A stretch of 64,000 nt of DNA from an uncultured Spirochaetota bacterium (GTDB lineage Bacteria; Spirochaetota; Spirochaetia; SZUA-6; Fen-1364). Shown piece after piece: positions 18,211 to 28,074 of the stretch. Position 1 is the first letter of the stretch. Each line of letters begins with the position of its first letter. The notes beneath the pieces were generated by a model, which was not told the origin of the DNA, did no database searches, and worked only from the letters and a program-made list of their open reading frames with translations. The position numbers were made by a program, and so were the translations under genes. The stretch covers positions 640,001 through 704,000 of the forward strand of contig CAVTHO010000007.1 of NCBI GenBank assembly GCA_963734545.1. Direction: 5' to 3'.

Positions 18211-18813
18211 GTGAAACGACCCTGCAGTCTCGTGTGCGCGATCGTGGTTCTTTTTGCATGCGCCGCCGCGCCCCTCTTCGCCGCCGGGGATTCCGGTAAC
18301 ACGCCGTCCCAGTATACGCTCGGCGATCAGACGATGTCGATCAATGCGGGATTGTTCATCCCCCTTTTCCTGCTGCCCACCGGTACAGTGCTGCTCGCGG
18401 GAAGTCCCCCGCAGCTCTCGCTCGGTGGAGTCGGATCGCTGTCCTGGGCCGCGTACGTGGCCCCCCAGATACGAATCGGCGCTGAAATCGGAGGGTCATT
18501 CTGCTTCTCCCCCAACATGAACGCCCTTCTCATGCTGCCTGTCATTGCCAAGGCCTCGTACGTGTTCACCGTCTACCCGTTCGAGATTCCCGTTACTCTC
18601 GGCGTGGGCATGAATATCATTTCGTACGTCGATCAGCATTACTTCGATCTTCTGATCAAGCCGGGGGCCGCCCTGTACTATATATTTAATTCATCATGGT
18701 CATTCGGGCTGAATGTCAATTACTGGATCGACATGCAGTTCTCTTCCGCGCCGGGCATGTCGCGCACGGGGAACTTCCTGGAGACATCGCTCTCGGCGCT
18801 CTACCATTACTAG
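18211..18813 (+). CDS. Small outer-membrane beta-barrel protein (TP0733/OmpW-like)
   Basis: Signal peptide, GDQ motif, about 8 amphipathic strands, C-terminal aromatic ...SLSALYHY. Confidence 0.75.
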   Translation: MKRPCSLVCAIVVLFACAAAPLFAAGDSGNTPSQYTLGDQTMSINAGLFIPLFLLPTGTVLLAGSPPQLSLGGVGSLSWAAYVAPQIRIGAEIGGSFCFSPNMNALLMLPVIAKASYVFTVYPFEIPVTLGVGMNIISYVDQHYFDLLIKPGAALYYIFNSSWSFGLNVNYWIDMQFSSAPGMSRTGNFLETSLSALYHY

Positions 18814-18823
18814 GGGACACGAA

Positions 18824-19972
18824 ATGAAGCTACGGTCCGCTCTTCCGCTTTCCGCCGCGCTCACATTGATTGGAGCCCTCTTCGCATGCACCGCGAACGG
18901 GGGATCGATCTACGCCACGATCGAGACAGAGCAAAAGGTGGTCACCTCGACACTCGAGCAGACGATTACCGTTCTCGATATCGTCAAGGTCGCGTCTGCC
19001 CCGCTGCCGTATTTCGTGGCTGCCGGTGCGGTCTACCACGGGGCACTTCCTGATGCGGACAATGTCATCGGCTGGCCGACTGTCGGCAGGGATCCCGTTC
19101 CCGTCACACCCCCTGCCAAGGGAGCATTGTGTCTGGCGCTGACCTATTTCGACAACGGGGTCCCGCTGGAGAGGGGACTATACGGCGGGTTCTTCGCGGA
19201 TGGGCCTGGCATGGGGTTGTACAAGGCGGATCCCGTGAGCCCGAGTTTTGCCACACCCATTGCAGCCATGTCAGGAAAACAGATTACCCATCTCTACTCT
19301 GACACTCACCAATCTCTTCGCGGTCGTCGCGACGCCGGGCAACAGCGGTTTTACGTACAGTCTCGAGTTCTCGACTGACGGCACCAATTTCAATCCGGCA
19401 ACGACCCCTGACGGCGGTTCCCCTGGCAGGCCTTCCAAGAATAACAGGGGTCGCCTTTTTCAAGGGCAACTACTACGTGACTTCCGGCACGACTTTGTAC
19501 GCCGGCCCCACTCCCACTTCACTGAGCCCGGTCGCCAGCATTCCAAACGGCGGCACCGACGTGCTTGAAGGTCTGACCGCGGACACGACCTACCTCTTCG
19601 TGCCGTCCAATAACGGAACCGTATTCTACACCGACAGACGGCACGACGTGGTCCATCGCCGCCACCAGGGACGAGATAAACGGCCACAGGATCGTCTTTC
19701 TCACGGTCTCGACTCAGGTGGGGACGTCTGGTCCTACTTATCTCGTGGGAGCAGATGGCGCCGGCTTCTACTATCTCAACGCGGGCACCGCCGCCCTCTC
19801 CCGATTCTCCGATGTGACAGTGACAGGCCTGTATGCAGGCTCGGTGCGGCGAATCTTCGTCGATCCGCCGCAAAGCAACACCGTGTTCATGGGCGCGGCG
19901 GGCACCGGACTCTGGCGCACCAATTTTGATCCGGCAACGGGGAACGTCATCTCGACCTGGATCCACGAATAG
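18824..19972 (+). CDS. Lipoprotein, probable beta-propeller (Tp0136-like); several frameshifts
   Basis: Lipobox LFAC followed by GSIYATIETE; the reading continues through ORF fragments at 19248, 19477 and 19718 and ends ...VFMGAAGTGLWR...WIHE. Confidence 0.55.
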
Positions 19973-19986
19973 GACAGGCCGCAGGC

Positions 19987-20577
19987 TCAGATTATTCCCG
20001 CGAGCTCCGGGTCCTCGTCATAGTAGTGCGCCTTTTTCTCCGCTTCGCTCAGCCCCACGAGCTCATGGCTCATGTAGTGGATCCAGAAATCGTCCTCCGG
20101 TGTCGCGAGCTCATGGAATCGGCACCAGTAGTCCGGCTGGACGGGGAGCTGCTTGGCAAGGTAGCGGCGAAGCTTGTAGTCGTGAACAGCCACCCGTACA
20201 TCTTCCCGCGGGATTCCCTTGTCCATGATGATCTCCACGAGATGGTTGACCGTCCTTCCCGAATCGAAGATATCGTCGACGAGAAGGACCTTGTCCCCGC
20301 TGCGCAGGTATTCCGGGTTGTACGTCCATCCGTCCACGCGCACCCTGTCCTGCAGTCCGACGTCCCGGTAGGAGCGCGCGACGACCGCGGCGTAGAATAT
20401 GGGGCGCCGGTCCTTGCGTTTCATCTTGAAGTACTCGCTCATGACGTTGCCCATCGCCGCCCCGCCGCGCAATGAAACATAGATCACGTCGGGGATGAAA
20501 CCTTCCTGGTGGACCCGGTGCGCCAGCTTGATGGCATTGTTGCGCACCGTCTGGTAAGAGAGGAATTCCTTGCGCAT
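19987..20577 (-). CDS. Type I phosphoribosyltransferase
   Basis: PRPP-binding loop VLLVDDIFDSGRT; LRGG motif. Confidence 0.88.
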   Translation of the reverse strand: MRKEFLSYQTVRNNAIKLAHRVHQEGFIPDVIYVSLRGGAAMGNVMSEYFKMKRKDRRPIFYAAVVARSYRDVGLQDRVRVDGWTYNPEYLRSGDKVLLVDDIFDSGRTVNHLVEIIMDKGIPREDVRVAVHDYKLRRYLAKQLPVQPDYWCRFHELATPEDDFWIHYMSHELVGLSEAEKKAHYYDEDPELAGII

Positions 20578-20589
20578 GTGACGGGTATT

Positions 20590-21339
20590 CTACTCGAAAA
20601 GGGTGAGGATTTCCATGCGATCCCGCAGGATCGCGACCGTATGCTCGAAATGCGCCGAATCGTCCCCGTCAGCCGTCACGACCGTCCAGCCGTCTTCAAG
20701 GAGCTCGATGTCGCCGGTGCCGGCGTTGATCATCGGCTCGATGGCGAGCACCATTCCCTCTTTCAGGCGCGGGTTGGGTCCCGGGCCCACGTAGTTGGGC
20801 ACCTGGGGGTCCTCGTGCATGGCAAACCCGGTGCCGTGGCCGCAGTACTCCCGTACGACGCCGAACGTATGACGCGCCGCGTGGTCGTACACCGCGCGCG
20901 AGATGTCGCTGATCCTGTTGCCCGGTACGGCCTGCGCAAGACCCCGCTCGAGGCATTCCTGCGTGACCTGCATCAGTTTTTCGCGCTTCTTCGATGTTGC
21001 TCCCACGGCGAGAGTGATCGCCGCATCGGAGAAATATCCGTTGAGGTCGACGCCGAGATCGATGCTGACAATGTCTCCCTGCCGAAGCTTTCGTGCCCCC
21101 GGAATCCCGTGAATGACCTCGTTGTTCAAGGACACGCACAGTGAGGCCGGGTAGTTCATATACCCGAGGAAGGCCGGTTTGCCGCCGTGGCTTTCGATCC
21201 AGGAACGTGCGAAGGAATCCAGTTCGTGCGTGCTGATCCCCGGAGCAACGAGCTTCTTGAGCTCCTCCAGGGTGACGGCGAGCAGACGGCCGGATTCCCT
21301 GATACCGGCTATCTCCTTTTCATTCTTGAGACGGATCAT
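20590..21339 (-). CDS. map: Methionine aminopeptidase type I
   Basis: EVIHGIP, SIDLG...YFSDAA, YCGHGTG..MHEDP, AIEPM, SAHFEHT. Confidence 0.96.
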   Translation of the reverse strand: MIRLKNEKEIAGIRESGRLLAVTLEELKKLVAPGISTHELDSFARSWIESHGGKPAFLGYMNYPASLCVSLNNEVIHGIPGARKLRQGDIVSIDLGVDLNGYFSDAAITLAVGATSKKREKLMQVTQECLERGLAQAVPGNRISDISRAVYDHAARHTFGVVREYCGHGTGFAMHEDPQVPNYVGPGPNPRLKEGMVLAIEPMINAGTGDIELLEDGWTVVTADGDDSAHFEHTVAILRDRMEILTLFE

Positions 21340-21346
21340 CACGCGC

Positions 21347-21811
21347 CTACTTGCCCGCGTCATCCTTCTCCTTGTCCCTGGCCTTTTCCCTCTTTTTTTC
21401 CTTGATGATCGACGAAAATGCGTCCTCGGTTTCCGTGCCGAACGCTTCTTCGATTATCCGCTTGGCGTCGTCCGTCTGCCCCGACGTGATCGTGACCTTT
21501 CCCTCGGTGATGACTCCCGGCTCGACGATGAGCTTCGGCGTCATGATGTTGCCCAGCACCCTTCCGGTATGCAGGAGGCTGACTTCCTCCGCCGCGGAGA
21601 TATTGCCGATAAGCGTGCCGGCAATGGTGACCCTGCGCGCCTGGATGTCCGTCTTGACCTTGCCCGTCGGCCCGACGGTAAGCTGGTCGTCCGTCCGGAT
21701 GTCGCCCTGGAACTTGCCCTCGATAAGGATGGAACCGTTCACATAGAACCGGCCGTCAAAAATCGATCCTTCACCAATGACGCAGTTGTTCGTATCATTC
21801 TTGTTCGGCAT
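21347..21811 (-). CDS. Bactofilin (polymer-forming cytoskeletal protein)
   Basis: VIGEGSIFDG...IEGKFQGDI...VGPTGKVKTDI...GRVLGNI...G..TEG beta-helix pattern. Confidence 0.9.
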   Translation of the reverse strand: MPNKNDTNNCVIGEGSIFDGRFYVNGSILIEGKFQGDIRTDDQLTVGPTGKVKTDIQARRVTIAGTLIGNISAAEEVSLLHTGRVLGNIMTPKLIVEPGVITEGKVTITSGQTDDAKRIIEEAFGTETEDAFSSIIKEKKREKARDKEKDDAGK

Positions 21812-21871
21812 TGTCTCTCCTTTTGCCGGTGCCGGTCCCTGCAGGATTACCCGCGGTTCGGGAAGAAGATA

Positions 21872-23530
21872 TCACTGTTGTCTCCCCGCTTCAAGTTTTC
21901 TCAATAGCAGGGCGGCGCGAAGGTTCCGCGGGTTCAGATCAAGCGAGCGCAGGAAAGCCTCCCGGGCCCCGTCTTCGTCTCCGTCCAGAAGCCGCGCTGA
22001 CCCGGTCAGCATCTCGATGCGGGAGAGCACGTCGAAGCGCTCCGCGGGATTTCCCCTGCGCGCGTATTCGTCCGCCGCAATGCCCAGCTCGGCAATTGCC
22101 GCTTTCCCGCTGCCGCGGCGAAGGAGAACGAGCGAGAGGTTATAGCGTGCGATTCCGTCGCCGGCAATCGCAGCCGCGCGTCGGAATGCGTCCGAGGCAG
22201 CGTCGTCGTCGCCCCGCATCGCCGCCACCATGCCCTCCGCAAGCATCAACTGCTGTCCCGGCGCGCCACCGGCAGCCGCATGCTGCTGAATGGCGATCCC
22301 GGCGCCATCCCAGTCATGAGAGGCGATCAAGGCCGATGAAAGCGCGGCGAAAATCGCCTTGTCGGAGGGGACTCGATCAAACGCCTTCCAGAGCCTGGCG
22401 CGGTACCCTTCAGGAGACAGGCCGGGCGCCTGCAGGTCGAGAAGGAAGAGCGCAACCTCCCCGTCCTCGGGATTTTCCGCGGCCAGTTTCGAAAGAATCG
22501 ATATCGCATCGTCCACGTTTCCCAGCCGCGACTCGAGCTGGGCCTGCTGAAGGCGGAGCTCCCGTGACTGGGGAAAAAAAGCCAGGCCGTCCTTGAGACG
22601 GCCGCGCGCGAGCGCCATGTCTCCTCTGCCCTCTGCGTGGAAAGCCAGATTGGCATATGCGGTCCAGGTCAGTGCGGGGGCCAACGACAGGGCGCGGAGG
22701 AGCAATTTTCCTGCATCAGCCGGCCTGCCGACCTCCTGGTAGGAGTCCGCAAGGACCAAGGCAACATCCGCGCGGTCGGGCCTGTCCCTGTCCAGCCTCT
22801 TGAGCCGTTCGATTGCGCTCCTGAAATCGCCCCCGTCGTACGAGATCAACGCTGCCGGCTCATCAAAGGCCGGCTCGCCGAGTCCGGTCCCTGCAATGTC
22901 TTTTGCTCTTTCGAGATTGCCTGATTTCATTGCCAGAAGAGCCGCATCCAGTGACAGGCGCGCATCACCCGTGCGGCGAGCTGCGTCGGCGTACACCTCG
23001 GGGCTCTGGCTCTCATCAAGGGAGAGAAGGTCACGGTAGAGAGGTTCTGCTGGTTTCCACTTCCTGCCCCTTTTGAGGACTGTCTCGCCCCGAATAAGGT
23101 CGCCCGTTTCAGCGGGAAGGGAGCCGCGTGCAATCACCTTTTCCGCTTCTGCAAGGCGTCCGGCCCGCACACATGCCAGCGCGGCTGCTGCACGGATGCG
23201 CGCGCTTCCTCCAGCCGCCGAGAGCGCCATGAGCCCGAGTCGGGACATCGCACGATAGTCTCCGCTCGCGCTGCCCGCCTCGAATGCCCGCTTCAGCAGG
23301 CGGAGAAGGTCGTCCTCGCCAGCAGGCAGACTCCTTATTCCGTCGAGCAGGTCCTGCGCAGTTGAAAGCGCTCCGGCGTCGAGCGCTGCGTCCAGCGATC
23401 GGAGAGTCGACAGGAAATCGCTCTGTGGGACGGGGGGAGCGGGATTCAGGATCAGATAGAGCGCTGCTGCGGCCGCCAGAAACGCGAAAACAACGGCCAC
23501 GGCGGCAATGAGCCTGCGCGGGTCCTTCAT
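21872..23530 (-). CDS. Membrane-anchored TPR protein
   Basis: N-terminal TM helix and TPR-like repeats (ARYNLSLVLL, SLDLNPRN). Confidence 0.75.
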   Translation of the reverse strand: MKDPRRLIAAVAVVFAFLAAAAALYLILNPAPPVPQSDFLSTLRSLDAALDAGALSTAQDLLDGIRSLPAGEDDLLRLLKRAFEAGSASGDYRAMSRLGLMALSAAGGSARIRAAAALACVRAGRLAEAEKVIARGSLPAETGDLIRGETVLKRGRKWKPAEPLYRDLLSLDESQSPEVYADAARRTGDARLSLDAALLAMKSGNLERAKDIAGTGLGEPAFDEPAALISYDGGDFRSAIERLKRLDRDRPDRADVALVLADSYQEVGRPADAGKLLLRALSLAPALTWTAYANLAFHAEGRGDMALARGRLKDGLAFFPQSRELRLQQAQLESRLGNVDDAISILSKLAAENPEDGEVALFLLDLQAPGLSPEGYRARLWKAFDRVPSDKAIFAALSSALIASHDWDGAGIAIQQHAAAGGAPGQQLMLAEGMVAAMRGDDDAASDAFRRAAAIAGDGIARYNLSLVLLRRGSGKAAIAELGIAADEYARRGNPAERFDVLSRIEMLTGSARLLDGDEDGAREAFLRSLDLNPRNLRAALLLRKLEAGRQQ

Positions 23531-23955
23531 GCCCCGCTCGCGGCCAGCTTCTTTCGTACCCCGTCGAGCACTCCGTTGACAAACCGGTACGAATCAGCCG
23601 TTCCGTACGTCTTTGAAATATCCACCGCTTCGTCGATGGTGACCGTCGGCGGGATGTCGCTCTGGTGCAGGAGACAGTATACGCTCATGCGCAGAAGGGC
23701 GAGGTCGACGCGGTTGAGGCGGCTGAAGTCCCAGTTCTCCAGCTGGCTCTTTATGATTTCGTCGATCCGGGGGAGGTTCTCCAGGGCCCCTGTTATCAGA
23801 AGACGCGCGAAGGCGAGCGTTTCGGGAGACATCTTCACCGCCCGGTCTCCGTCCATCCATGAAAAGTCGAGCAGCTCCGGGACGCTCGCCCCCGACAGGT
23901 CATATCTGTAGAGCGACTGGAACGCGATGATCCTTCCCTTCCTCCGCGCGCCCAT
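23527..23955 (-). CDS. nusB: Transcription antitermination factor NusB
   Basis: RRKGRIIAFQSLY...NWDFSRLNRVDLALLR...IDEAVDISK...FVNGVLD; ORF extends to GTG 23988. Confidence 0.95.
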   Translation of the reverse strand: MGARRKGRIIAFQSLYRYDLSGASVPELLDFSWMDGDRAVKMSPETLAFARLLITGALENLPRIDEIIKSQLENWDFSRLNRVDLALLRMSVYCLLHQSDIPPTVTIDEAVDISKTYGTADSYRFVNGVLDGVRKKLAASGA

Positions 23956-23984
23956 GACTCCCCGATGCGCCGCCGCCTCCCGGA

Positions 23985-25040
23985 TCACCAGTTGATATTG
24001 TCGTCGAACACCTTTATCTCTGCCTGCTTCTTGAGATCCGCGACAAGCTCATCCAGCGCCTTCGCAATGACGTCACGCTGGCGCTGCATGGCGAGAGTGG
24101 TCTTGATGTAATCCCGCACCGGGACCTGGTTCAACGGAGGGACCTTGTCGTCAAGGGTGAGGATCTTTGCATCTGACTTGTTCACCACCTGCACGATGTG
24201 GTAGCCCTGGTTGGATTGGATGACTCCGCTCGTGTCACCCTTCTTCAGCTTGAAGACAGCGTCGAAGAAGTCGTTGCCGAATATCTGTTTCTGCTGCTGG
24301 TTGGACCGCAGGAGAGGGCCAATGTCGCCTCCCTTGTACTTCGAGGTCGTATCTTCGGAGTATTTCATGACCAGGTCCCCGAACGCCGCCCCGGCTTTGA
24401 GCTCCTTGTATATGTCCTGCGCCCGCTTCGCGGCCTTGTCCTTGTCCTCTTTGCTCGTCAGCAGGTGCGTGTCGATGAAGAGATGCCGCAGGACCACCAT
24501 GTCGTCCCAGAAAAAACTCCCCTTGTTCGAATCGTAGAAGTCCTGCACATCCTGGTCGGTCACCGGCTTCACGCCTTCGATGAGGCCCTTTCTCTTTGCC
24601 AGAGTATAGTTGATCATGAGTTTTTGTTCGCGGACGCTCTTGAGATAATCTTCCCAGTTTCCGCCCGACATCTTGACGTATTGCTGCAGCTCCGCTTCCG
24701 TCATGTCCCGCCCCAGGTTGGTGGCCGCGCCGGCCTGTTTCGCCGTATTGGCCAGCTCCTGCTTGACTTCCGCGTCCGAGACGATGATTTTGTCACGCTC
24801 CGCCGCCTGCCCGATGAGAAGGGTAACCACGAGCTTGTCCAGGACGATCCTTCGTTCATCGAGGGTAAGCGCGCGCCTCGCCTGGGCTTCGAACGGCGCG
24901 AGGGCCTTCCGCAGCTGGCTGACGGAGACCGAGGCGGTTTTCGTGAGCCTGACCGTCGCGGCCGGCTTGTCAATCGCCTGTGCCCCGGCCGCCGTGGACG
25001 CGACTGCGAGAATTGTCGCGAGAATCAGGAATCTTTTCAT
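23985..25040 (-). CDS. SurA/PrsA-like parvulin peptidyl-prolyl isomerase
   Basis: Signal peptide; LRHLFI, KYSED..S...GGDIG, GYHIVQV. Confidence 0.9.
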   Translation of the reverse strand: MKRFLILATILAVASTAAGAQAIDKPAATVRLTKTASVSVSQLRKALAPFEAQARRALTLDERRIVLDKLVVTLLIGQAAERDKIIVSDAEVKQELANTAKQAGAATNLGRDMTEAELQQYVKMSGGNWEDYLKSVREQKLMINYTLAKRKGLIEGVKPVTDQDVQDFYDSNKGSFFWDDMVVLRHLFIDTHLLTSKEDKDKAAKRAQDIYKELKAGAAFGDLVMKYSEDTTSKYKGGDIGPLLRSNQQQKQIFGNDFFDAVFKLKKGDTSGVIQSNQGYHIVQVVNKSDAKILTLDDKVPPLNQVPVRDYIKTTLAMQRQRDVIAKALDELVADLKKQAEIKVFDDNINW

Positions 25041-25108
25041 CGTGAAATACCGCTCCTCTGTTGTGTATGTCGGGGCTGACTGCAGCGATCGTCAGTTAAT
25101 AGAAGGCA

Positions 25109-25918
25109 TCAGGAATTGTCAAGGCACACGGGGTATCCGATCCTTTCCATGAGCTTCTTCACCCCTGACAGCTTCCGATCCAATTGTAGCCCCTTTTGAA
25201 GATAATGCAAAGCTGTGTCCTGCTGTCCCAGTGATGCGTACACCTCGGCAAGCTTCTTGCAGAAGAATGCATTGTCCTTGCGGGAGAAATTCAAGCGGAT
25301 CATTTCCTTCAACCGGGCAATCGCATCTGCCGCCGCGAGGCCGGGAAGCATCTTGAAACACAGCAGGGTCCGCAGGCGGTCGATCACTTCGTCGATGAAG
25401 TGATGGAAGTAAGGCTTGTCCCGCTCGTAGAAATACAGCTTGCGATACAGCTCGTATGCCTCCGCGTAACGCAGCCGGGCCTCGAATACTTCCGCCAGCA
25501 GGAAAGCGCAATCCATGTAGTCTTCCCGGGAGAGATACTTCTCCAGCTCGAATCCGCGCCCGTTCGTGAGGCTTTCATACAGCTCGACGGCTTCGTCCTG
25601 GTGGTTGGCAAGCAGATCGTGGAAAATCAGCTTCGACTGGCTCAGCGGATCATTGGTGCGCCGGCGGAGAAACTCACGATAGTCGAAGCCCTGCACGCGC
25701 AGATAGGCCAGAAGCGCCCGATCATACTCGTCACGCTTGTCGATGTCATTCAGGACCTCGTAGGCGGTGAGGAGCAGGCGCATCTCCTCCTCGGAGCGCT
25801 GCTCAGCCTCGGGACGGACATCGGGGTGTATCTCCTTGGCCCGTCTGCGGAAGGACTTCTTTATTTCCTGGGCCGTGGAGTTCTGGGCAATTCCGAGGAT
25901 TTCGTAGTAGTTGATCAT
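25109..25918 (-). CDS. J-domain (DnaJ-like) protein with C-terminal TPR-like region
   Basis: NYYEILGI...IHPD...AYEVL...R.EYD. Confidence 0.88.
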   Translation of the reverse strand: MINYYEILGIAQNSTAQEIKKSFRRRAKEIHPDVRPEAEQRSEEEMRLLLTAYEVLNDIDKRDEYDRALLAYLRVQGFDYREFLRRRTNDPLSQSKLIFHDLLANHQDEAVELYESLTNGRGFELEKYLSREDYMDCAFLLAEVFEARLRYAEAYELYRKLYFYERDKPYFHHFIDEVIDRLRTLLCFKMLPGLAAADAIARLKEMIRLNFSRKDNAFFCKKLAEVYASLGQQDTALHYLQKGLQLDRKLSGVKKLMERIGYPVCLDNS

Positions 25919-26009
25919 CGTAGAGTGCTATGCAGATGGTAATGTCTCACTGGATCGTCTGTCAAGATGTGTGCGCCGAACTGGGTCATTCTGACCCTTG
26001 CGCACCAAT

Positions 26010-26038
26010 TTGACCAATTCATTCGGGCGTGATAGGGT
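26010..26038 (+). promoter_or_regulatory. Sigma70-like promoter, probably leaderless
   Basis: TTGACC, 17 nt, TGaTAGGGT, 6 nt, ATG 26045. Confidence 0.65.
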
Positions 26039-26044
26039 CTTTCC

Positions 26045-26818
26045 ATGTTCGGATTTCTCATCAAGAAGGCCTTTTTCGACATGTGGGACAACCTGTTCCG
26101 CATCATCATCATGAATATTGGCTATATCGCTGTTTTTGCGATTTTTTTCCTGCTTGCGCCTCTCGTGACGTCGCTGCCTTTGCTCTTTTTCGCTGTCGTG
26201 GCTCTCGGAATAGCTGCCCTCTCCGTCTACACGGGGGCGGTAAGCCGGATGTGCGCGGACATCGCGGATTACCGTCAGCCCGGCTTTGCCGATTTTTTCC
26301 GATTCCTGAAGGAAAGCTTCCCTTCGAGCCTTCTCTACGCCCTCGTGCTCACCGCGTACACGCTGGTGGTATGGTATGCCTTCCAGTTCTACGGCGGAAT
26401 GAAAAGCCTGCTGGGGCCGCTCGCCGTCGCTCTCCTGTTCTGGGTCACCGTCGCTTGTGTTTTCGCCGGGCAGTATTTTTTCCCCATTCAGTCACGGCTG
26501 GACAGGAAATTCCGGAAGATCTTTCGAAAAACATTCCTCGTCTTTTTCGACAATCCCGGCTTCTCCATCGGCCTGCTCCTCTGCGCGTTCATTATCCTGA
26601 TCGTTTCATTCTTCACGGCGCTGCTGCTGCCGGGGATTACGACGCTGCTTCTCTGGTGGAACATCGCGTTCAAGCTGCGGCTGTACAAGTATGACTGGCT
26701 CGAGCAGAATCCCGGCGCCAAACGCCGGCAGGTTCCCTGGGACGCTCTCCTGGTGGAGGACAGGGAAAGAGTGGGCAAGCGCACGCTGAAAGGAATGATC
26801 TTTCCCTGGAAGGAATGA
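26045..26818 (+). CDS. Polytopic membrane protein of unknown function
   Basis: 257 aa with about 6 TM segments. Confidence 0.75.
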   Translation: MFGFLIKKAFFDMWDNLFRIIIMNIGYIAVFAIFFLLAPLVTSLPLLFFAVVALGIAALSVYTGAVSRMCADIADYRQPGFADFFRFLKESFPSSLLYALVLTAYTLVVWYAFQFYGGMKSLLGPLAVALLFWVTVACVFAGQYFFPIQSRLDRKFRKIFRKTFLVFFDNPGFSIGLLLCAFIILIVSFFTALLLPGITTLLLWWNIAFKLRLYKYDWLEQNPGAKRRQVPWDALLVEDRERVGKRTLKGMIFPWKE

Positions 26819-26966
26819 GACTCGGACCTCTTTCCGTACCTCCGTAGGGCGGCAGGCGCGCTCGCGCGCCGGGAGCCCGTGTACTCGTCGGCCCTCTTAC
26901 CGCGCCCGACGCGCCTTCCGCTCCTGGCGGAGTTTGCGCGTCATTTGGCGCGGTAGACCTCCCTGT

Positions 26967-27380
26967 CTATGTCACATGCAGCCGCTTTCCGATCTCCTCC
27001 GCCTCGGCGGGAGAACGCAGGATATCCGAGCTCTTGATGAGCATCCCCTCCCCCTCCATGCACTTCATCAGCGCGGAAAGGGATTTGGCAGCGCCGAATG
27101 TCGCTTTCGACACGAATGCATAGGATCTCTTTCCCGCCACGGCCCCGGCCGAGGCGAGAAAAGTGCGTACCGATTCCGGGATCTTGCCGCCGAATGTGCT
27201 GATCGGCTCCGCTCCCAGGACGATGTACTGGTAGATGGTCAGCTTGACATTCGGGTCTCGCGCGCCGTCAAAGGTGTCGACCTGGTTTCCCTGGCTCCCC
27301 ACGCCTCGAGCGATGGCCTGGGCGAGCCCCATGAGCTTGCTACGATTCTGTCCAGAGAAAAAGACTACCGCCACTCTCAT
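26967..27380 (-). CDS. Flavodoxin-fold protein (FMN loop degenerate)
   Basis: VAVVFFS...LAQAIARG...YQYIVLG...G.IPESVRTFL...GKRSYAFV pattern. Confidence 0.7.
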   Translation of the reverse strand: MRVAVVFFSGQNRSKLMGLAQAIARGVGSQGNQVDTFDGARDPNVKLTIYQYIVLGAEPISTFGGKIPESVRTFLASAGAVAGKRSYAFVSKATFGAAKSLSALMKCMEGEGMLIKSSDILRSPAEAEEIGKRLHVT

Positions 27381-28068
27381 CGCTCTTCTTCGCCTCCGTG
27401 TCCGGTTGGTTAAGCAGCTGTCGCAATATCATCCGCGTGCGGCTCACGCAGAAATAGGCTGTCAGCTCTCCTGCAGACGCCTTGCGTCTGTCCGTTGTCA
27501 GGTCCGCCACCTCCGCCTTTTCAAGCGATATCCGGGCGTATCGCACTCTTCCTCTCCTGCTCTTGGTCACCGTCATCTCGAGGTACTTTTCGTCACGCAC
27601 GCGAAAAACCGGGATCTTTTCATGCACGACCATGTTGCGGATCCACCGTATCTCGTGCGCGAGCAGGAGCGTGCGGCCGTCCGTGATGATTCCCTCCGCC
27701 CGGGCCAGGTCGAGCATGTCCACGAGCTCGAGCTCCAGCAGATCATGCCGGGTCTGGAGCCATCTCTTCTCGCCCTGTCGCGCGAACTGGACCGCGCCCT
27801 TGCGATCCAGCAGGACTCCCAGGCGGTAGATGAGACCCTGCTCCAGCAGCGTCCCCGAGAGTATACATGCACTCTCGGCGAATCCGAAGTAGTAGGTCTG
27901 GTGCATCTGCGCGAGGAGGAATTTCACTCTCCCGCTGCCCGGGCTTCCGCCGATGTGAATCCGCTGATAATTGAGATGCGCCCTGCGGACGGCTGCCTCT
28001 CGCAATCTTTTTTCACCATAGCGCTGCCGCAGTGTGCTGAGGTGCCGCTCTGTACTCTCCCCGAGCAT
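27340..28068 (-). CDS. HEPN/DUF4145-like protein with intact R-x4-H motif
   Basis: SACILSGTLLEQGL helix and IRWIRNMVVH; start at ATG 28068 is supported by promoter spacing. Confidence 0.6.
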   Translation of the reverse strand: MLGESTERHLSTLRQRYGEKRLREAAVRRAHLNYQRIHIGGSPGSGRVKFLLAQMHQTYYFGFAESACILSGTLLEQGLIYRLGVLLDRKGAVQFARQGEKRWLQTRHDLLELELVDMLDLARAEGIITDGRTLLLAHEIRWIRNMVVHEKIPVFRVRDEKYLEMTVTKSRRGRVRYARISLEKAEVADLTTDRRKASAGELTAYFCVSRTRMILRQLLNQPDTEAKKSDESGGSLFLWTES

Positions 28069-28074
28069 TGCGGT

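Noticed and set aside
26898-26955. SRP (4.5S) RNA, suggested by CCGCCAGG...GGAAGG on the minus strand
   Set aside because: The conserved AGCAG/AGCAA strand and a paired stem closing the GGAA loop are missing; not called without an Infernal scan.
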